This document shows, one piece after another, positions 59,658 through 64,000 of a stretch of DNA of 64,000 nucleotides. The notes beneath the pieces are model-generated. The model saw nothing but the letters and a program-made list of their open reading frames with translations. It had not been told where the DNA came from and searched no databases. The stretch covers positions 30,132,001-30,196,000 of the forward strand of contig NC_043007.1 in NCBI RefSeq assembly GCF_006345805.1, in the 5' to 3' direction. Position 1 is the first letter of the stretch. Every line of letters starts with the position of its first letter. The translations under genes were made by a program, and so were the position numbers. This DNA comes from Octopus sinensis. Its lineage: Eukaryota.

Positions 59658-59850
59658 TTACTACTACTACTAGTCCGAGTGGAACGCATTGACGAGACAA
59701 ATGAGAGAAAGAGAAGGAAATATGCTGAGCAGGTGGAGATCTGCCAAAACAATGGCTGTGAATCAGGGAGCGATTCAGAGGAAGTGGGGCTCAATGGAAG
59801 TGGAATGCAGGGGGTTTATAGAAAAATCCGTTTGCAGGGACTACAATGTG
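59355..59850 (+). mobile_element. Internally deleted HERO-like element (RT piece joined to endonuclease piece)
   Basis: GVVTQLIREA..DLTV..QDLAN..HMLVEEALNML.VSERFRDLILD, then (CAA)n(CTA)n, then ERIDETNERKRRKYAEQVEICQNNG..MEVECRGFIEKSVCRDY. Confidence 0.7.
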
Positions 59851-60290
59851 CAGTAGACTATTAACAGTAGGGACATACTTGCTGCTCATGGGATGCCCTA
59901 CCGGGCGAGCCCTCATCCTCACGAGATAGACAAGACCCCTTAACGCCGTTATCTTCCAACGTTGAATTGCAATTTTCCGTGTTTGTTCTTGGTAATTATT
60001 AAGTAGAAAAGTGGTTTCCCGTTGCCGCCTTCTTCACCGCAATTTGAGGGCCGCGTGCAGGGTTACCAGAACGCCCGGCACTAAGTCCAAGAGAGGATGC
60101 CACTACGTTAAAAATTGTATTTTTACACTTTTTACTGTAAGCAAGAATTTTTCATAGTAAACCGCAGAATAATTGCCTTTAGAAGTTAAAATATGTCACA
60201 GACATATTTGAAATAATCTCAAATTGGCTGATGTACACACACATACACACACACACACACAGAGACACACACACATACACACACACATAG

Positions 60291-60322
<32 letters not shown>

Positions 60323-60777
60323 ACACACATACATATGTTTTTCTGCATGCATATATAAATATACATGTTTGTATATATGAGTGTATATCTCAATATGTAA
60401 ATGTGCGTGTATATATATATGAATGTACGCGAAGCCATGAGTTATGTGCCTATATTCTAATAATGTAGATTTGCGACCGATTTGGCAGTTATTAATGCTA
60501 TCCAATGCATGTAAAATGTTTGGATTTCCCAAGAGAGAATGCAATGCACATTCTATTTCTCAATCGCTTTCTCTCTCTCTTCACTTTCCCTTTGTGTGTC
60601 TGTGTGTCTGTAAATATATATGTATATATACATATAGTATACATATAGACATATATATGTTCTTATATGATATATATGTGTGTGTATGTGCATATGAATG
60701 CGCGTCTGGGAAGCGTATATATATATATATATGTAGCGTATATATATATATATATATACAAATACACACACACACAC

Positions 60778-60829
<52 letters not shown>

Positions 60830-61842
60830 GATGTATATATATATATATTTATATATATATATGTATATATAGACACTTGGTCTCTCTACTATTCTATACA
60901 TTTACAAATGAATCAATTCTTGTCGCTCTCATTCTCTCTCTCTCATTCTCTCTCTCTCTCATTCTCTCTCTCTCTCTAATTCTCTCTCTCTCTCTCTCTC
61001 TCTCTCTAATTCTCTCTCTCCCCGTATCAATCTATCAATAAATATTTCGAGGTCTTTTCATTTTCTTTATACATTCTTTCCTGCATATTTACCTACTTAC
61101 ACAAACGCACACACGAATATATCTCTGTCTCTCTATACACAAAAAGACACACACACGCACACACACACACACACACACACACCACACACACACACCACAC
61201 ACACACACACACCACACACACACACACACACATATCGCTGTTTCTTCATACACATATGCATATACATATCTTGATCTCTCCACACACACACATATATATA
61301 CGCAGACATACAAATTCCCAAATATATATAATAACTTTATTAATGTCTGCTCGCTTGCTTTATTAATCTCTTTCCATCTTTCTGATCATCTCGAAACCAC
61401 TTTCGAGGAGAAGATGAAGATGGAGGAGACGGAGAGACAAAACTGTAAATTCGACGTTTCTAAATTAATTTATTGACCTCGACTCCAGCACAAGTATCGA
61501 TTGATTAATCTAGAACATCTATGTCTTTTTACTGTCAACAACAACACACACACACATGTAGATACATACATACATACATACATACATACATACAAACACA
61601 TATACATACAAACGTACATACACACACACAGGTGTATCCATGTATCCATCCATCCATCTATGCGTACATACATACATGCAGGTGTGGTCATATGGTAAGA
61701 AATTTACTTCCCGTCCAAATGGTTCTAAGTTCAGTCTCACAGCATGGTACCTTGGGCAAGAGTCTTTTTCCACTGCCTCAGGCCTTGTGAATGCATTTCG
61801 TAGACGCAGATTAAAAGAAGTCCGTCGTGTGCGTGTATATAT

Positions 61843-61907
<65 letters not shown>

Positions 61908-62253
61908 CAATATAGGGTAGCAAAAAAAATTCAAGAAAAAATTCAAGAAAAATTTTCTGCAACCAGCGGTCAAGTGAGAAAATAGAAATAGTCACAGACT
62001 ATATAATATATTCAACAAAATATTAAGGAAAGACCCTTACAGGTCGTTCAACTCACTTGAAAAGAGCAGCCAAAACTCAAACCGCAAAAATAGTAGTAAT
62101 TCTGAAAGCTAAAGGAGAAATAAAAACATTTATCCTTTCCAACTTTGTACCCTGCAAGGTTTCAACAATTTTTACGCAATCGAACTTAATTAAATTAAAT
62201 TAAATCCGTTTACGATTGGCTTGTTTCATCAGCAAAGTCTCCAAAAGAACTTT

Positions 62254-63546
62254 TACATAAAATCACAGGAGGTAAAGAAATATATTCTAATGAAATACAA
62301 ATAGAACGGCTTATCAGAAGTTACATATAACAGTTAAAAATTCAAAACTATCAAAAGCCTGCTGGACAAAATATAAAATAAAGATAAAATAGAATAAGTG
62401 TCTATCGAATAAAAAGATTTTATCTGAAGATTAAAATATAAAAAAAAATTATTTAAAGAATTTAAAAAAAATATTTGAAACAGTTTTTTACTTCGCTCAC
62501 ACGGGTACGTCCAAAGTTCACAAGCAAGCAGACTTCCAAAGTTTTATATAGATAGTACAGTAAGGTTTGAGGTTAGATGTAGGGCCCACATGAGCGCGTT
62601 CCCAAACGAAAAATACTGCAGCTCTACCACCCTCGCATCTTATTTACACGATCGAAAGAAGAAGAATAAGAGTTATTCTCTGGAATGGTCCGTTATTTGG
62701 AGAGACCCTTGTTTCAGAGTAAATATGAATAAGTGTTAAGTTGTGGGTAAAGGAATCCCTTGCAATCCTTAAGTCTTTTGGGCCAAAAATTGTAAAGAGA
62801 TTTACTGAGGTGATCCCTTTCTCCAACCATAGGTTATCGTCCACCTTTATGAAAGTGTATAGAAATAAAAATTAATGTAATAAATTTGTTTAGCGTTACG
62901 GGGATTTGAAATACAGCTACCTGCGTGTTTAGCAATTGTTTTTTTTTTCCCTATAGGAAATTTGGACTCGTCCGCTGATGGGTTCTTCTTAAATTATATA
63001 AGTTTTTCATTTAGAGGTGTAAGCTTTTCGTAAAAGTTTTGCTCTCTGCATGTTTCATGTCTATCCTGATGTACTTCAGTGTAAATGAACTCCAGTGGTC
63101 ATCTCCCTAAATGACCATAGCTATATGTAAATGTTGAATTTGATCGGTGATATCTGTTTATTGTGAACTTTGAACTTACTTGTGTGAGGGGAATAAAAAA
63201 CTTTTTCCAAGATGGACGTAAATTTGACCTGTGGAAATTTGCTAACTTATGGACTTCGGACGTTCCTGTGTCAGGGCAGTGAAAAACATTCTTATATTTA
63301 AAAAAAAAAATAATAATAAAAAAAAAATTAATAATAAAAAAAATTTAATAATCAAGAAAAAAAAATTAATCGTCAGATCGAATCTTTTAAGTCGATGGAC
63401 ACTTATTCGATTTTATCTTTGTTTTATATTTTGTCCTTTTAGGCTTTTGATAGTTTTGAACTTTTAATCGTTATATATAACTTCTGATAAACTGTTCTAT
63501 TTGTATTTCATTAGAATATATATTTTACCTTCTGTAATTTTATGTA
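62254..63546. repeat. Inverted repeat with ~180-bp arms (62254-62434 and 63366-63546) and ~930-bp spacer
   Basis: The reverse complement of the right arm aligns collinearly with the left arm, e.g. TATATTCTAATGAAATACAAATAGAAC, TTCAAAACTATCAAAAGCCT, GAATAAGTGTC. Confidence 0.9.
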
Positions 63547-64000
63547 TACGCTTTATTTTTATGTGTTTGTAGACCATGATGTTTTTATTTTATATGTGAT
63601 TAAATGTTTGAGGGTTGGTGTTGTATGTAAAGTCGTTGACCCCAAATTTCATGTTTGTTCTATGACCAATGCTTCTGTATCTTCGTTTCACATATATTCG
63701 AGCTCTTCTTTTTGCAGTCCTATAAACCCTTTTGCTTCTATAAGAGGCAAATATTATTCTTGTTATATATATCTACATATACACACAAACACAGACACAC
63801 ACATATATATGTAGATGTTTGTGTGTGTGTTTTTGTGTTTATGTCCTCTCCACCCACCATCACCACTTGGCAACCGGTGTTGGTGTGTTTACTTCCCCGT
63901 AACGTACCAAAAGAGACCGAGAGAATAAATACCAGCTTTCAAAATGTACTGCGGTTGATTCGTTCGACTAAAATTCCTCATGACGGTGCTCCAGCATGAC

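Overview
Eukaryotic, AT-rich, microsatellite- and SINE-dense genomic DNA. The repeat families look like those I recall from octopus (coleoid cephalopod); this is an inference, not verified. I reconstructed two complete split genes by hand, arranged head-to-head with 523 bp between their start codons. On the minus strand is a 17-exon mitochondrial thioredoxin reductase (TXNRD2-type, 524 aa). It has an in-frame TGA read as selenocysteine in an unusual Ala-Cys-Sec-Gly terminus, a candidate SECIS, and a 20-nt microexon followed by a U12-type intron. On the plus strand is a 9-exon RAD51D (319 aa). The region from about 35 kb to 64 kb has no host gene I can recognise. It contains decayed mobile elements (R4/Dong-like, HERO-like, CR1-like, RTE-like, Penelope-like pieces with hammerhead-like motifs, a rearranged mariner), several SINE families, a 100-N gap, a ~410-bp tandem duplication and a ~180-bp inverted repeat. 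Almost all ORFs in the supplied track are microsatellite or SINE artefacts. I found no CRISPR array or prokaryotic system, and I cannot claim a wholly new biological system. The best leads are the selenoprotein terminus and SECIS, the microexon/minor-intron unit, the hammerhead-like relics and the microsatellite-targeting retroelements.
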